From IMG/VR virus record IMGVR_UViG_3300026078_000030: a DNA stretch of 64,000 nucleotides, one strand, 5' to 3'. The notes under the pieces are model-generated. The model was not told where the DNA came from, ran no database searches, and saw only the letters and a list, made by a program, of their open reading frames with translations. The number at the start of each line of letters is the position of its first letter. The stretch's first letter is position 1. Made by a program: the position numbers and the translations under genes. Below, one piece after another: positions 9,076 through 19,163 of this stretch. The DNA comes from an uncultured virus (IMG/VR IMGVR_UViG_3300026078_000030) (taxonomy: Duplodnaviria; Heunggongvirae; Uroviricota; Caudoviricetes).

Positions 9076-9728
9076 GACTCACTCCGATTCGACAATTACG
9101 ATTCCATCGTCAGTACCGCGCATCGCGAGCAGCTCGTCATACGGATATTTTCGTTCGTGGTCGTCGGCCGGGATTCGCGGAACGTCGTAGGACTCATTTC
9201 CTCCGAACTTCATGTTGTCGAGCCACGCCTGGACGGCAGACCGCGGATCGTGATTGACCAGCAGCATGTCGAGCGCCGCCAGTGCCTCCGGGCGTCCGTA
9301 GCTTTCGAGCTCCGGGAACCAGCGCAGCAGACACAGCTTGCATTCCGCGGCGGCTCGCGGCAACTGATGCGTGAAATTCTGGTCGTCCGTCATCCAATCG
9401 AGGATGGCATACAAGTCGCCGATGCCGTTGTCTCGATCATCACTGGCTTCCGTCAGTAGCCGTCCTGTCGTCACTGTGAGAACGACGCGAAGCGGGAATT
9501 GTTTGGTTTCTGTCATGGCTTACCTAAAAAAGTGAAATCTGTTTCGGTTTCTTCTCCACCGGCTTGCTCATTATCGCCAGCGCCGCACGTCCCTTCTCGG
9601 TTATCGACCAGCCGCGAAACTCGCCCGCCGGTTCGCAAACATACCCGTCGTACAGCAGGTCCAGCAGCACGTTTTCGCACAGCGCCGCGTCCTGCAATTT
9701 CAGCCCAAATTGCTCGGTGATTTGCCGG

Positions 9729-10013
9729 TCATTCAGGGGCCGAGATTGTTCCGACAGGTATCGGAGAATGCGGGCCGGGCTCATCCTTCAGGTCTCCGAA
9801 GCACTTTTCCACTAGCCAAATCAGGTATTCACACTCTTCCACGGAAAGGCATCGAATGTGAGAGTTCTCTCCGTATTTATTCAGGTTATTCGCGAGCCAT
9901 CGGTACGCGTCTCCGCGAGACATCAGGCCAGATTTCCAGAGTCGGTCGAAAGCCTTATGCGCTTTCTTGCGTGCCCCGGCAATCTGGCTTTTCCAGTGGA
10001 AGCGGTCGCTCAT
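9729..10013 (-). CDS. DUF3268 C-terminal-like protein
   Basis: RKKAHKAFDRLWKSGLMSRGDAYRWLA...HI. Confidence 0.5.
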   Translation of the reverse strand: MSDRFHWKSQIAGARKKAHKAFDRLWKSGLMSRGDAYRWLANNLNKYGENSHIRCLSVEECEYLIWLVEKCFGDLKDEPGPHSPIPVGTISAPE

Positions 10014-10203
10014 CCGTTCGCTTTCTCCAGGTCATCCGCGAGACACGCGACGACCCACGATCGCAGTTCTGGCGTCAACTCGTTCAGTTTCTTCAGTGTC
10101 GTCTTGCGCAGCCGCATCGCGGATTCCTGATCGGAAATTGGCGCAACTGGAGGCATGGTGGACTTGGGCTTGTCGCTCATTCGGTTTCTCCTTCGGATGG
10201 TGG

Positions 10204-11148
10204 TTAAAACATTCGATCCAAAATCTCGACCAGATAGGCCGAGTTTACTTTCTCAGGGTCCTTCTCTTTCAGCTTCTCGACGAGTTGGACGAAGTACGCC
10301 ACGTCCACTCCCGTCAATTGGTCTTCCAGAACCTTCAGGTCCGTCAGATTCAGCTCGTTGATCTGCATGATGATCTTCAGGATTTGACCAGCGTTCACCG
10401 TCCACTGGCGACCGATGAATTTGCGTAACCTAAAGATGCTGGCCACTGGATATTTACTGCCGACGTAACGCAGTTCCTTAGACAACAGAGATTCAAGAGC
10501 GGGCTGATGCAGAACGAGCTGGCCATCCCATGACGACCAGTAGTTCGTGCAATGCACGTAATCGTAGTTCTTGTGGATTTCATCCGGCTCTCCGTAGAAT
10601 CTGAGTACGATCTGCACGCGGTTAGCCAGAGTAATTGCGTTGGTGGACATGAAGATGGGACGGAAAGGCTTGCCTTGATCTTCCGGTTCTTCGAGTGCGG
10701 CGTGTTCCGTTTCTGTATATGCCTCTTCGATCTCGCCAGGGTCTTGCATCACTTCTCCGACATAGCCAGCGGCGGCGGTTTCTTCCGGGTTTCCCTCGAA
10801 GTATTCATAGGGCTTATCTGTTCCTTGTTCGCTGGCAATGCCTGCTGACTTGATGACGATCTTGCATCGCCCTTCACCGACATTGACGAAGATTTCGCAA
10901 GGGATTCCTTTGGCGTTCTTGATCTCGAACCGCTTCACGTAGTAATGCGCCAAGTCAACTACCGTCTGGAAGTCGCGCAAATATACGTCAAAGTCATTCA
11001 CCTTTTCTCGCAACAGCATGGATGCAATGCAGCCACCGGTGACAATGGTCGCTTTCTTGACGCGCTCGCGCAGTGGCTCGTCTTCAATTGAGTTCCACCA
11101 CTCGTTCATCTTCTTGAAGATGACTGCTTTGATCGTCTTGCCCTTCAT
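10204..11148 (-). CDS. Pol-beta superfamily nucleotidyltransferase
   Basis: IVTGGCIASMLLREKVNDFDVY (GG...DxD); YDYVHC. Confidence 0.7.
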   Translation of the reverse strand: MKGKTIKAVIFKKMNEWWNSIEDEPLRERVKKATIVTGGCIASMLLREKVNDFDVYLRDFQTVVDLAHYYVKRFEIKNAKGIPCEIFVNVGEGRCKIVIKSAGIASEQGTDKPYEYFEGNPEETAAAGYVGEVMQDPGEIEEAYTETEHAALEEPEDQGKPFRPIFMSTNAITLANRVQIVLRFYGEPDEIHKNYDYVHCTNYWSSWDGQLVLHQPALESLLSKELRYVGSKYPVASIFRLRKFIGRQWTVNAGQILKIIMQINELNLTDLKVLEDQLTGVDVAYFVQLVEKLKEKDPEKVNSAYLVEILDRMF

Positions 11149-12191
11149 GGCTCGGCATCTCCTGATTCCGATTCATCGGATTTGGTGGCCTTGAGTTGAT
11201 AAACTTCGTATTTCGGATAGCTCTTTTTCTTGGGGCGGTCGCGTCCGAAAAAGTTGCCGCTCTTGCAGGAAATATCCTGTCCGGTTTCCTTGACATGCTT
11301 CGCCGCCAGCTTAGAGAGCGCCGACGCCTGGGCCTCAAGCCCCACGATCTTGTCGACCCATTGCTCGGGCGTGCCTTCCGGTAGTTTGCTCTGGTCGCAC
11401 AGATGGGCGGCAGGGCAACAATTGCACTTCTCGACGAGGGGCCAGGCGGCGCACTCGGCAGGGTCTTTTCCGCGTGTGTCAAAGTAGGCTTTGGCGGCAT
11501 TGCGGACCCTGAACTTGATCGGATACAGGCTCTCGGCATCGAGCTTGAACAGGACTGGATACGTCAAACTGTTGAGACGAGTGTTCCACACCTTATATTC
11601 GAGGGCCTTGATCGTGGGGAACTTCTCGGAAACGAGCAGGGCGTGCAACTGAAATTGGAACGCCGATCGCACGTCTCCGTGTCGCCACAACTGCCAGCCG
11701 GATTTGAAATCGACCGCCGTCAAAACTTCAGGCGATTCCGAGTCGTGCAAAAGATCGAGTTCACTGGTTACGCGCAGCCCGAACTCTTCCAGATCATACG
11801 CCAGTTGCGACGAATGCTCGCCGCGCCCGCCGTCCCAGCAGCGGATGTTTTCCCAATGCAGCTCGTGCAAATACTTCGCGAACGCATACGCCGAACGCTC
11901 GCCGCCCTTTATGACATCCGGCTGCACGTCGGGTCGCGCCGCCGCGAGTCGTTGCAGGAACAGTTGTTTCGTGTCGTCGAACGAGACTTGCCCCCGGCTC
12001 TCGACGTAATCGCTGATGGTGTCGCTGAAGGCATCGTGGCAGCCCTGGCCGGAAGCCATCGCGAATGACGTGTTGAGCACCGCCTTGGTCTCTATGAACC
12101 TGGCCTGTCGCGGGCATTCTGCGGCAGTCTCCAGCGTGGAGCGGTCCGCGGGAGCGAGAACGTCCGGCTCTACGAACAATTCGGTTGTCAT
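11145..12191 (-). CDS. PD-(D/E)XK exonuclease (RecB/Cas4-like, Fe-S cysteines)
   Basis: ECPR, ELDLL, VDFKSG, FQFQLH, CNCCPAAHLC. Confidence 0.75.
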   Translation of the reverse strand: MTTELFVEPDVLAPADRSTLETAAECPRQARFIETKAVLNTSFAMASGQGCHDAFSDTISDYVESRGQVSFDDTKQLFLQRLAAARPDVQPDVIKGGERSAYAFAKYLHELHWENIRCWDGGRGEHSSQLAYDLEEFGLRVTSELDLLHDSESPEVLTAVDFKSGWQLWRHGDVRSAFQFQLHALLVSEKFPTIKALEYKVWNTRLNSLTYPVLFKLDAESLYPIKFRVRNAAKAYFDTRGKDPAECAAWPLVEKCNCCPAAHLCDQSKLPEGTPEQWVDKIVGLEAQASALSKLAAKHVKETGQDISCKSGNFFGRDRPKKKSYPKYEVYQLKATKSDESESGDAEP

Positions 12192-12558
12192 CGGCGTTCA
12201 TCCTCTCGCGGCAATCCGTCTGATGTAGGTCGCGTCATGCGAACGCGGAATCTTTCCATTGCTGGTCCAAAGTGCTCGCCTCTTCGCAGCAAATACCGCG
12301 CCCGCATGACCTTCAGCGACTCCCTATCAACAACCTCGCCGCAAACGTCAAAACGATCAGGCAGAACATCATCAGGAAAGAACCCATACGGCTTTACCTC
12401 CACGGCATCTTCATATCTCCCGCCGGCGTGCGCGATGACCGGTGAATACGAGACATCGAGCATCACGCAAGATAGAATGTGCGGCGTGATGCCTTCGGAC
12501 GCCAGCGAATCATCAATGTGTTTTCTTAACACGTTCAGCAAGTCGTCTTGAGTATGGC

Positions 12559-13575
12559 TCATGCTCCCCTCCTTCCCAATGCCTCATTCAATGCATCGTA
12601 ATCCGCCACCGACCAATCGCTCGGCTTGCGAACCTGCATCTCGGGACGGTGGCAACACTCGCGGACATAGAGGAACCAGTCGGCCTCGGTCTGCGCTGCC
12701 GGGTTCTCGCACTTGCGCCAACGTTCCAACAGGGACTTGATCTGCTCTGCGGTCACACGCTCGCCGCGCGGCTGGGCGGTGGGCGCGTCCTTGTTGGCTT
12801 CGGGGCTCGGGCGCTTCTCTGGCCCGTTGTCGCCCCCTGGCTCCATATCCTGCGTGAACAGGTCGCGGAGCCCAAAGGCGTTCAAGACGGCGCACCGTTT
12901 CGCGCTGTTCTCGGCCATCTTGATCGACGAGTTTAGTCCCATGAATTTCTCGCCTTCAGTTCGGCCACCACTCCCCTCGCCGATGAACTCGCCGGTGATC
13001 TTGGAGTACAGCTTGCACCGCTTCACGATCTTTCCGGGGGCCGATCCGAGTTGCTGCCACGTATCCATGTCGGCTTCATAGGCATCGCGGACCCAGAGGG
13101 CGTCACACACAAGATCGGCGCCCGCGAGCAACAGGTTGCGCTTGGGCAGGAACTCGGCAATCGGCGTGATTGTCCATTTCTGGTTCTTGCTGCTGTACGT
13201 CTTGGACGCCTGGGCTGACTCTTCATCACAATCCTTTCCGTCCAGCAGGCACCACTTCGGAGCGAAGCCAACAGCCCAGCCGTAGTGAATGCCCTCAACC
13301 ATGATGGACAGAAGCCACTTGCGGAACGCCTTTCGCCAGTCCGTGTATTCAGTCAACGCCTGAACCATGTTCGGCACGGTCATTGACATGAATCCCTTGC
13401 GGAATTCCATCAGCATTGGAGGCTGCTCCGGTGCCGGAGGTATCGCGGCAAGCGCCGTCTCGTGCGCGTCGAGTGCATTGACATAATCGCCGGCTGTCGC
13501 GGGCCGGTCCTCGGGCGTGAGCGGTATCTGGTATTCGGGTGGCTTGGGATCGAGTAATGTCGTTTGGCGTGTCAT
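12559..13575 (-). CDS. Putative single-strand annealing recombinase
   Basis: Next to exonuclease; GEGSG...NSSIKMAENSAKRCAVLNAFGLRDLFTQDME. Confidence 0.5.
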   Translation of the reverse strand: MTRQTTLLDPKPPEYQIPLTPEDRPATAGDYVNALDAHETALAAIPPAPEQPPMLMEFRKGFMSMTVPNMVQALTEYTDWRKAFRKWLLSIMVEGIHYGWAVGFAPKWCLLDGKDCDEESAQASKTYSSKNQKWTITPIAEFLPKRNLLLAGADLVCDALWVRDAYEADMDTWQQLGSAPGKIVKRCKLYSKITGEFIGEGSGGRTEGEKFMGLNSSIKMAENSAKRCAVLNAFGLRDLFTQDMEPGGDNGPEKRPSPEANKDAPTAQPRGERVTAEQIKSLLERWRKCENPAAQTEADWFLYVRECCHRPEMQVRKPSDWSVADYDALNEALGRRGA

Positions 13576-14357
13576 CGCAGAAACCTCGCAGCAAGTTTCC
13601 TAATTTCCTGGTCCCGTCCCGAATATTTCCGCAGCACGTCATCGCAGTTCGGTCGCCTACGAAAGCCGTCGAGAACTTCATCGAGCTCGGCCTCCGTCAG
13701 CGCCCGCGGATCGCACGGGCACCATGCCAGAAATTCTTCGGCCTGCCCCTGGCAATCTCTGCCAATGAACCCATGCCCGAACGCCGTTTCCGTCACGCTG
13801 TCATACAGCACGGAACGCGAGTTATCGGGGTCGGTTAGTATCCAGGTGCTCATGGTTTATCCCTCTCATATTCCATCTTCTGAATCTGCCAATCCTCCAG
13901 CCAATCCCTTCGCCCGACGTTGACTCGGGAGTATCGACGCGGCTTATCCGGTTCTTCATCGCGGGCATCGTCGTCGTCTTCGTCTTGTTCGTCACCCATC
14001 ACGACTCGACTCCCTGCAAAAGCCTCTCTGCATACCCGCTCTCCAGCAGCACGCCGAAAATCCTCAAAAGCTCGTCGTCCGTGTCAGCCCAGACATACGT
14101 TCCGCCGACTTCGTGGACGTCGATTTGCAATCCCCAGCCCCAGCGACGGCGCGTGACCTTGACGAAGCCCACAGCCTCGTCGCCATAAAACAGCCGTGCA
14201 TCCTCGCGCAGATGGCGGCGCAGCAGTCCGCGAACCGCATCAGCCACTTCGCAGGTTTCCAGTGATGGGTATTTCACGGTCGGTTTCCTTTCTGCGAAGA
14301 CCATCGCGATTGACGACAGGATGCCGGCGATAAGCCAGCCGAGGGCGGATGCAGCGG

Positions 14358-14864
14358 TCATGCGAATACAAAATTGCGTTGACTCTCGAATGGACTCTGT
14401 GGTGCCGGCAGCCGCTCTGTTTTCATCAGGAACGCCAGTAATCCTCCTTCAGTTTTTCCGTCCGGCTCAAACCCCGCCTTGATCCACGAATATCGCCACG
14501 TCGGCTTGCCGCGCCGCATCATCGGCTTAACATTTTCTGGGTCGATGAAAGTGACCATTCCGAATGCTGTTGGCTGTTTCCATTTCCAGACCGTCGCTGC
14601 GACAGCCTGCTCGATCTCTTGGCTCGCGCAGCCGTTGCCCTCTTTGCGATAGCAACCGCAAACCCAAGCGCCGGGCCAGCGATGCTTGACGTACTCTCCG
14701 AACGGCCACGACGAAACCCATAGCGATGTTCGGTCTCGACTCAACAATACAAAGCAGCGACCTGGCGGCACGAATTGCGGCGTTCCGGGCTTCTGCCTGT
14801 TGTAGTGACGATCAGCAAGCGGCAACGCTCGTTTGTCGGCACGATGAGAACCAGTCCAGATCAC
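14358..14864 (-). CDS. Putative Mom-like (GNAT-fold) DNA modification protein
   Basis: ADRHYNRQKPG...MVTFID...IKAGF; recognition by eye only. Confidence 0.45.
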   Translation of the reverse strand: MIWTGSHRADKRALPLADRHYNRQKPGTPQFVPPGRCFVLLSRDRTSLWVSSWPFGEYVKHRWPGAWVCGCYRKEGNGCASQEIEQAVAATVWKWKQPTAFGMVTFIDPENVKPMMRRGKPTWRYSWIKAGFEPDGKTEGGLLAFLMKTERLPAPQSPFESQRNFVFA

Positions 14865-15220
14865 TATTCCCCGACCGCCTTTCCAATCGCGGACCGCAGA
14901 ATCCGCTGAATCGTGACCGACTCAAATCCTGGTGGTTCCTCGTGATCTTCCATCCATTCAAGTGCCTCCATGCAAGCGTGCAGGAGATCCGGCGAGGCCG
15001 TCATCAACACCGCATTGGACAGCAATTCTGCCTCTTTGCCAGTTCGTGCATCCAGTGCGTACTGGCCATCGACATAGACGCACGCATGTCCTACTTCGCG
15101 ACCGCACGATCCCGGAAACGGACCTATCTTGTGGCAGATTCCGATCTGTGTTTTGACCGTTTCTAGGGTCCACGGCCGAGGAGTGTGAGCGACGTGTCGT
15201 TCGTTGATTTCGTTTGCCAT
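14864..15220 (-). CDS. Hypothetical protein, paralog of 18629-18973
   Basis: HTPxPW...ELLSNAVLMTASPDLL. Confidence 0.75.
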   Translation of the reverse strand: MANEINERHVAHTPRPWTLETVKTQIGICHKIGPFPGSCGREVGHACVYVDGQYALDARTGKEAELLSNAVLMTASPDLLHACMEALEWMEDHEEPPGFESVTIQRILRSAIGKAVGE

Positions 15221-15332
15221 TTCTCCCGTCCCTTCTCTGCCGCCTCTGGATACTGTTCAGTGAACCACGCCACGCACTCATCAACCGTCCCGCCTGAATT
15301 CGCACACCAATAGAAACCGCAACTGCGGCAGG

Positions 15333-15599
15333 TCAGATCAATTCACCTATCGAATGGCGGATAGCTGCCGTTCGGGTGGTCGCCGATTGCGTTTGGATCT
15401 CCGCAGACTGGACATTCTTCTCGCCAAGACATGATTTGGCTTCCCCTTCCTTGCGCGCCGTCAACTCGGCACGCCTGATCTCGACGTCGCCGGGCGCCGA
15501 GATGCCAAGTTGCACGCGGTTGCCTTTGATCGCGAGCACGCGGACCTCGATGTTGTCGATCACGATTGACTCATTCCGTTTTCTGCTGAGTACGAGCAC
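15333..15599 (-). CDS. csrA: Carbon storage regulator CsrA homolog
   Basis: [14 protein letters not shown]...[18 protein letters not shown]. Confidence 0.88.
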   Translation of the reverse strand: MLVLSRKRNESIVIDNIEVRVLAIKGNRVQLGISAPGDVEIRRAELTARKEGEAKSCLGEKNVQSAEIQTQSATTRTAAIRHSIGELI

Positions 15600-16130
15600 G
15601 ATTGCGATTCCTTTCGCTGGTGGGGTTCAATTCTGTTCATTCCGGCAGCACAGCCGGACGGGTTTCATAACTCCAATATGCATATGTCTGCCGACGAGCT
15701 TCGACGCAGGCGGTTCACCATGCTCGACAGCGATTGCCTCACAACGGGCACACAACAGTCGGTCTTTCGGCGGCTTGTCGGTGGGGCTGACGCCTTCGCC
15801 GTTCGTCATGTTGTTGCACCAGCATTCGATAGCGTCGTGGCTCACTTTGCCGCCGTTTATGATCGTGCAGCCGGACTTGATACGGTGAATCAGGACTCCG
15901 CGAGGATTGACGTTGAACGGCAGCGTGTGCGTCCACATCCTTGTCTTTGAGTATTCGCTTTCGCGATGTTCCAGGTGCCGCCTGATCGGATGACATTTGA
16001 CTTTCATGGGTAACTCCGTTTCAAACCAGCCGCTGCCGGCAAAGCACCGGACAGCGGCCGTCTCTTTCGCCGGGGCGCTGTTAAACCCCGACGGATACCT
16101 GCGGCGACACACCGCAGACGCCTCAAATTC

Positions 16131-16925
16131 CTATGGACGACCTCGAAACGCTGGGCACTGCACGCCGCCAGAGCCGCCGAGCAGCGCCTCGATGTTCGCC
16201 AATTCGGCGTCGATCGCTGCCTGCAACTGTCCCGGAAACGGGGTCAGCTCGAATTGCTGTTCCGCGAGATGGATCTCAACGTCGCAAACGATCTGCCGCG
16301 TCTCAATCAGTCCAGGATCGTCGAACACGCGCATCGACAGGATGATCGAATCCGGGCAATCGCCGCGATCTTTCGACTTGACCTGTTCCTCGATATCGCG
16401 CCCGAACGACGACCGATCCTTTGTGATCGTGCCAACGGAGCTCCCCTTGCTTCCGAACTCGCAGTCGCTCACCCAATCCAGGAGCAAGTTATTCGGAGTG
16501 CAACCGGCGAAATCGACGCGAAGCAGCCTGCGGAACTTGACCTGCGCGAACCGCTCTTTCGATTCCGCGATTTGCGACAGGCGAGCGAACTGTGGGCTGT
16601 GCGTGAACGTCGCGACGGCGATGTCACGGCGAGTCGAATCGTCGAGCACCACCACAACGCCGCACTCGTCGAACCAGACGACCGAATCATCCATGTTTCC
16701 CTTCGTATTGGCATAGGCGATAGCCTCTACCAGTCCGCTCAGGCGATGGGCTCGCGGCGCGGCAACGGCTTCGTGACGGCTGAAAGTACCGTCGGCTCTG
16801 ACTGCGGCATAAACGTGCGGCGGTTCGCCTGGCAGCTTGACGAACGCGACCTTGTTTTGCGAATCGCTCGCCTTGACGGCCGTGTCTTGAATCAGCTTCA
16901 ACGTGTCGCTCTGAAGTCCTTCCAT
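16131..16925 (-). CDS. YfdQ/DUF2303-like protein
   Basis: Size, context and pairing with the upstream small gene. Confidence 0.4.
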   Translation of the reverse strand: MEGLQSDTLKLIQDTAVKASDSQNKVAFVKLPGEPPHVYAAVRADGTFSRHEAVAAPRAHRLSGLVEAIAYANTKGNMDDSVVWFDECGVVVVLDDSTRRDIAVATFTHSPQFARLSQIAESKERFAQVKFRRLLRVDFAGCTPNNLLLDWVSDCEFGSKGSSVGTITKDRSSFGRDIEEQVKSKDRGDCPDSIILSMRVFDDPGLIETRQIVCDVEIHLAEQQFELTPFPGQLQAAIDAELANIEALLGGSGGVQCPAFRGRP

Positions 16926-16961
16926 TATGCTCTCCTGGGATTGATTGACTGGAATCTTGGA

Positions 16962-17309
16962 TTACTCGCCCATCGGCAGTGACGGCTGGTCGATGTCTGC
17001 CGGGTTATCGACATTAAAGAACAGCCCCTTCTTCTTGGCGTCGACGCCGAGCTTGTAGGTCGCGCTGGCGTGGTCAGGCACTTTTGAGCGGGCCTTTAGC
17101 GTCATGTTAACGGCATCGCATTCACGCGAGTCCGGGTCCAGGATCGGCTCGAATTCGATCTCTAAGACGACCTTGCGGAGCGTCTTGTCGGCGGGACGGT
17201 TCAGGCAGTCCTGCCGTGCGCGATCGACGTGGTATTGAAAGACGCCCTCGACGCGCGGGTCGATGTCCTTAATGGTGTCGAGCCTCAGTGTTTCCGTGAC
17301 GACTGGCAT
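16962..17309 (-). CDS. YfdP-like partner protein
   Basis: DCLNRPADKTLRKVVLEIEFEP. Confidence 0.4.
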   Translation of the reverse strand: MPVVTETLRLDTIKDIDPRVEGVFQYHVDRARQDCLNRPADKTLRKVVLEIEFEPILDPDSRECDAVNMTLKARSKVPDHASATYKLGVDAKKKGLFFNVDNPADIDQPSLPMGE

Positions 17310-17505
17310 TGCCGTGATTCCTTTCATGTTAAAGACAAAAAGTTGCTGCGGGCCGGGGTAACAACTTCCGGCGTCAAGTTACAAACACGTTGCAGGCACC
17401 CTCCCGTGTCAGATGGAATTCGTGATGCCTTGCAGCCGCAGCAATACGAAACCCGCCCTTGATGCACGTCAGCCGAAGCGAGCGGTGCGGCGGGTGTGTT
17501 GTGTA

Positions 17506-18639
17506 TCATTCGGCCTCCACGAGCTTGCCGTTCTCGATCCGATACCATGTATCTGCTTCAATGCCGTCTTCTCCGACGTAGCCAGTGACAACGCGGTTTC
17601 GTGCGCCATCATTCCAGCAGAGAGCGAAGCATCCGTTGTCTCCAGCTTTAGCTCGGCCACCAATCCCGGCCACCATCGCGACTGTGTCTTTGCCTTCCGC
17701 ACCTGCCGTGCTGGAGTTGCCGGCCGATGCCGCCCTGCTGGAGTCGCCCGACGATGCCGCCCTGCTGGAGTTGCCGGCCGATGCCGCCGTGCTGGAGTTG
17801 CCGGCCGATGCCGCCCTGCTGGAGTAGCCGGCCGATGCCGCCGTGCTGGAGTGGCCGGCCGATGCCGCCCTGCTGGAGTCGCCCGACGATGCCGCCGTGC
17901 TGGAGTGGCCGGCCGATGCCGCCCTGCTGGAGTCGCCCGACGATGCCGCCGTGCTGGAGTGGCCGGCCGATGCCGCCGTGCTGGAGTGGCCGGCCGATGC
18001 CGCCCTGCTGGAGTCGCCCGACGATGCCGCCGTGCTGGAGTTGCCGGCCGATGCCGCCGTGCTGGAGTTGCCGGCCGATGCCGCCCTGCTGGAGTTGCCG
18101 GCCGATGCCGCCCTGCTGGAGTAGCCGGCCGATGCCGCCCTGCTGGAGTGGCCGGCCGATGCCGCCCTGCTGGAGTGGCCGGCCGATGCCGCCGTGCTGG
18201 AGTTGCCTTCGGAAACCTGTGCTTTTGCATCAGCAGCCACGTCCGCAATCACCATCTTCATGAAACTTGCGAGCGGTATTTCTTCAAGGATGCGAATCGT
18301 CTGTGCTGCGTGCTTGCTGTCGTCGCTATGCGGAACAACGAGTCCCGATAACTCGACCAGCGCGAAACGCGCAAATGCCGGCCCATAATACGACCAAATG
18401 TCGGACGGTCGAGTGCAGGCGTGGAAACCCGATTGACAGGGGATCACTTCTCCGTCGTGTGTGTATGTTCTGCCGATTTCAAACTGGAATCCAAGGCAGC
18501 GAAAGTGCTCGTCGAAGCCCTTATAGGCAGTGATGACTTTGGGCGGTTCTGGCACGGCAGCCGTCACAGGCCTACTCTCTGGTTTCTTGCGGTCGGCGGG
18601 CTTGCGTTTCTTGGGCTTCGGTTTCGTCTTAGCGGTCAT
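17506..18639 (-). CDS. Phage protein with 9-aa repeat solenoid (DUF7666-like N-terminus)
   Basis: AYKGFD...CLGFQFEIG...CQSGFHAC; 18 repeats; GIEADTWY. Confidence 0.8.
   Translation of the reverse strand: MTAKTKPKPKKRKPADRKKPESRPVTAAVPEPPKVITAYKGFDEHFRCLGFQFEIGRTYTHDGEVIPCQSGFHACTRPSDIWSYYGPAFARFALVELSGLVVPHSDDSKHAAQTIRILEEIPLASFMKMVIADVAADAKAQVSEGNSSTAASAGHSSRAASAGHSSRAASAGYSSRAASAGNSSRAASAGNSSTAASAGNSSTAASSGDSSRAASAGHSSTAASAGHSSTAASSGDSSRAASAGHSSTAASSGDSSRAASAGHSSTAASAGYSSRAASAGNSSTAASAGNSSRAASSGDSSRAASAGNSSTAGAEGKDTVAMVAGIGGRAKAGDNGCFALCWNDGARNRVVTGYVGEDGIEADTWYRIENGKLVEAE
17705..18207. repeat. 18+ x 27-bp in-frame tandem repeat
   Basis: [NHYD]SS[RT]AAS[AS]G units. Confidence 0.95.
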
Positions 18640-18973
18640 CGTGTCCCCCTTCCGTGGCTTTCGCGATTGCGGCACGGACGAGCAGGAACAACGAGTCCCG
18701 AGGAATCCCGTTCTCGCCGATATGGTCGCCGCTCAAGACGGCTTGGCACGCTTGCAGAAGGTCCGGTGCGGCGGCGATCAGCTTGGCATTGGCCAGCAAT
18801 TCCGCTTCCTTCCCGGTTCTTGCATCCGGCGCATGCTGCCCATCGACATAAACGCAGGCGTATCCGACATCGCGTCCGCACGACCCCGGAAATGGACCAA
18901 TCTTGTGGCAGTGACCGACCTGCGTCTTGACCGTTTCCAGAGTCCACGGCCCAGGCGTGTGCTTCGTGTTCAT
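18629..18973 (-). CDS. Hypothetical protein, paralog of 14864-15220
   Basis: HTPGPW...ANAKLIAAAPDLL. Confidence 0.75.
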   Translation of the reverse strand: MNTKHTPGPWTLETVKTQVGHCHKIGPFPGSCGRDVGYACVYVDGQHAPDARTGKEAELLANAKLIAAAPDLLQACQAVLSGDHIGENGIPRDSLFLLVRAAIAKATEGGHDDR

Positions 18974-19163
18974 GGCTCACCCCAATCTCGAAAATGGCAA
19001 TCAACCCCGCAGCGAATTCCACCGCAGCGGGTACGCGCGCATCCCTGCCGTCCGGCGCCTCCGCGCCAGTCCTGACAACACTCGTTGATGCCCCTGTCCG
19101 TCCTGACATGAAAGAATCGCCTCCGGTGCCATGGCGCATCGTCGCGCCATGTTTGCCACAGTC

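Noticed and set aside
11145..12191. Cas4 as evidence of a CRISPR system
   Set aside because: Stand-alone phage exonuclease in a recombination context
14864..15220. Paralog pair as DGR TR/VR
   Set aside because: Differences affect all bases and are largely synonymous
17705..18207. 27-bp array as a CRISPR array
   Set aside because: No unique spacers; in-frame coding repeat; no cas operon
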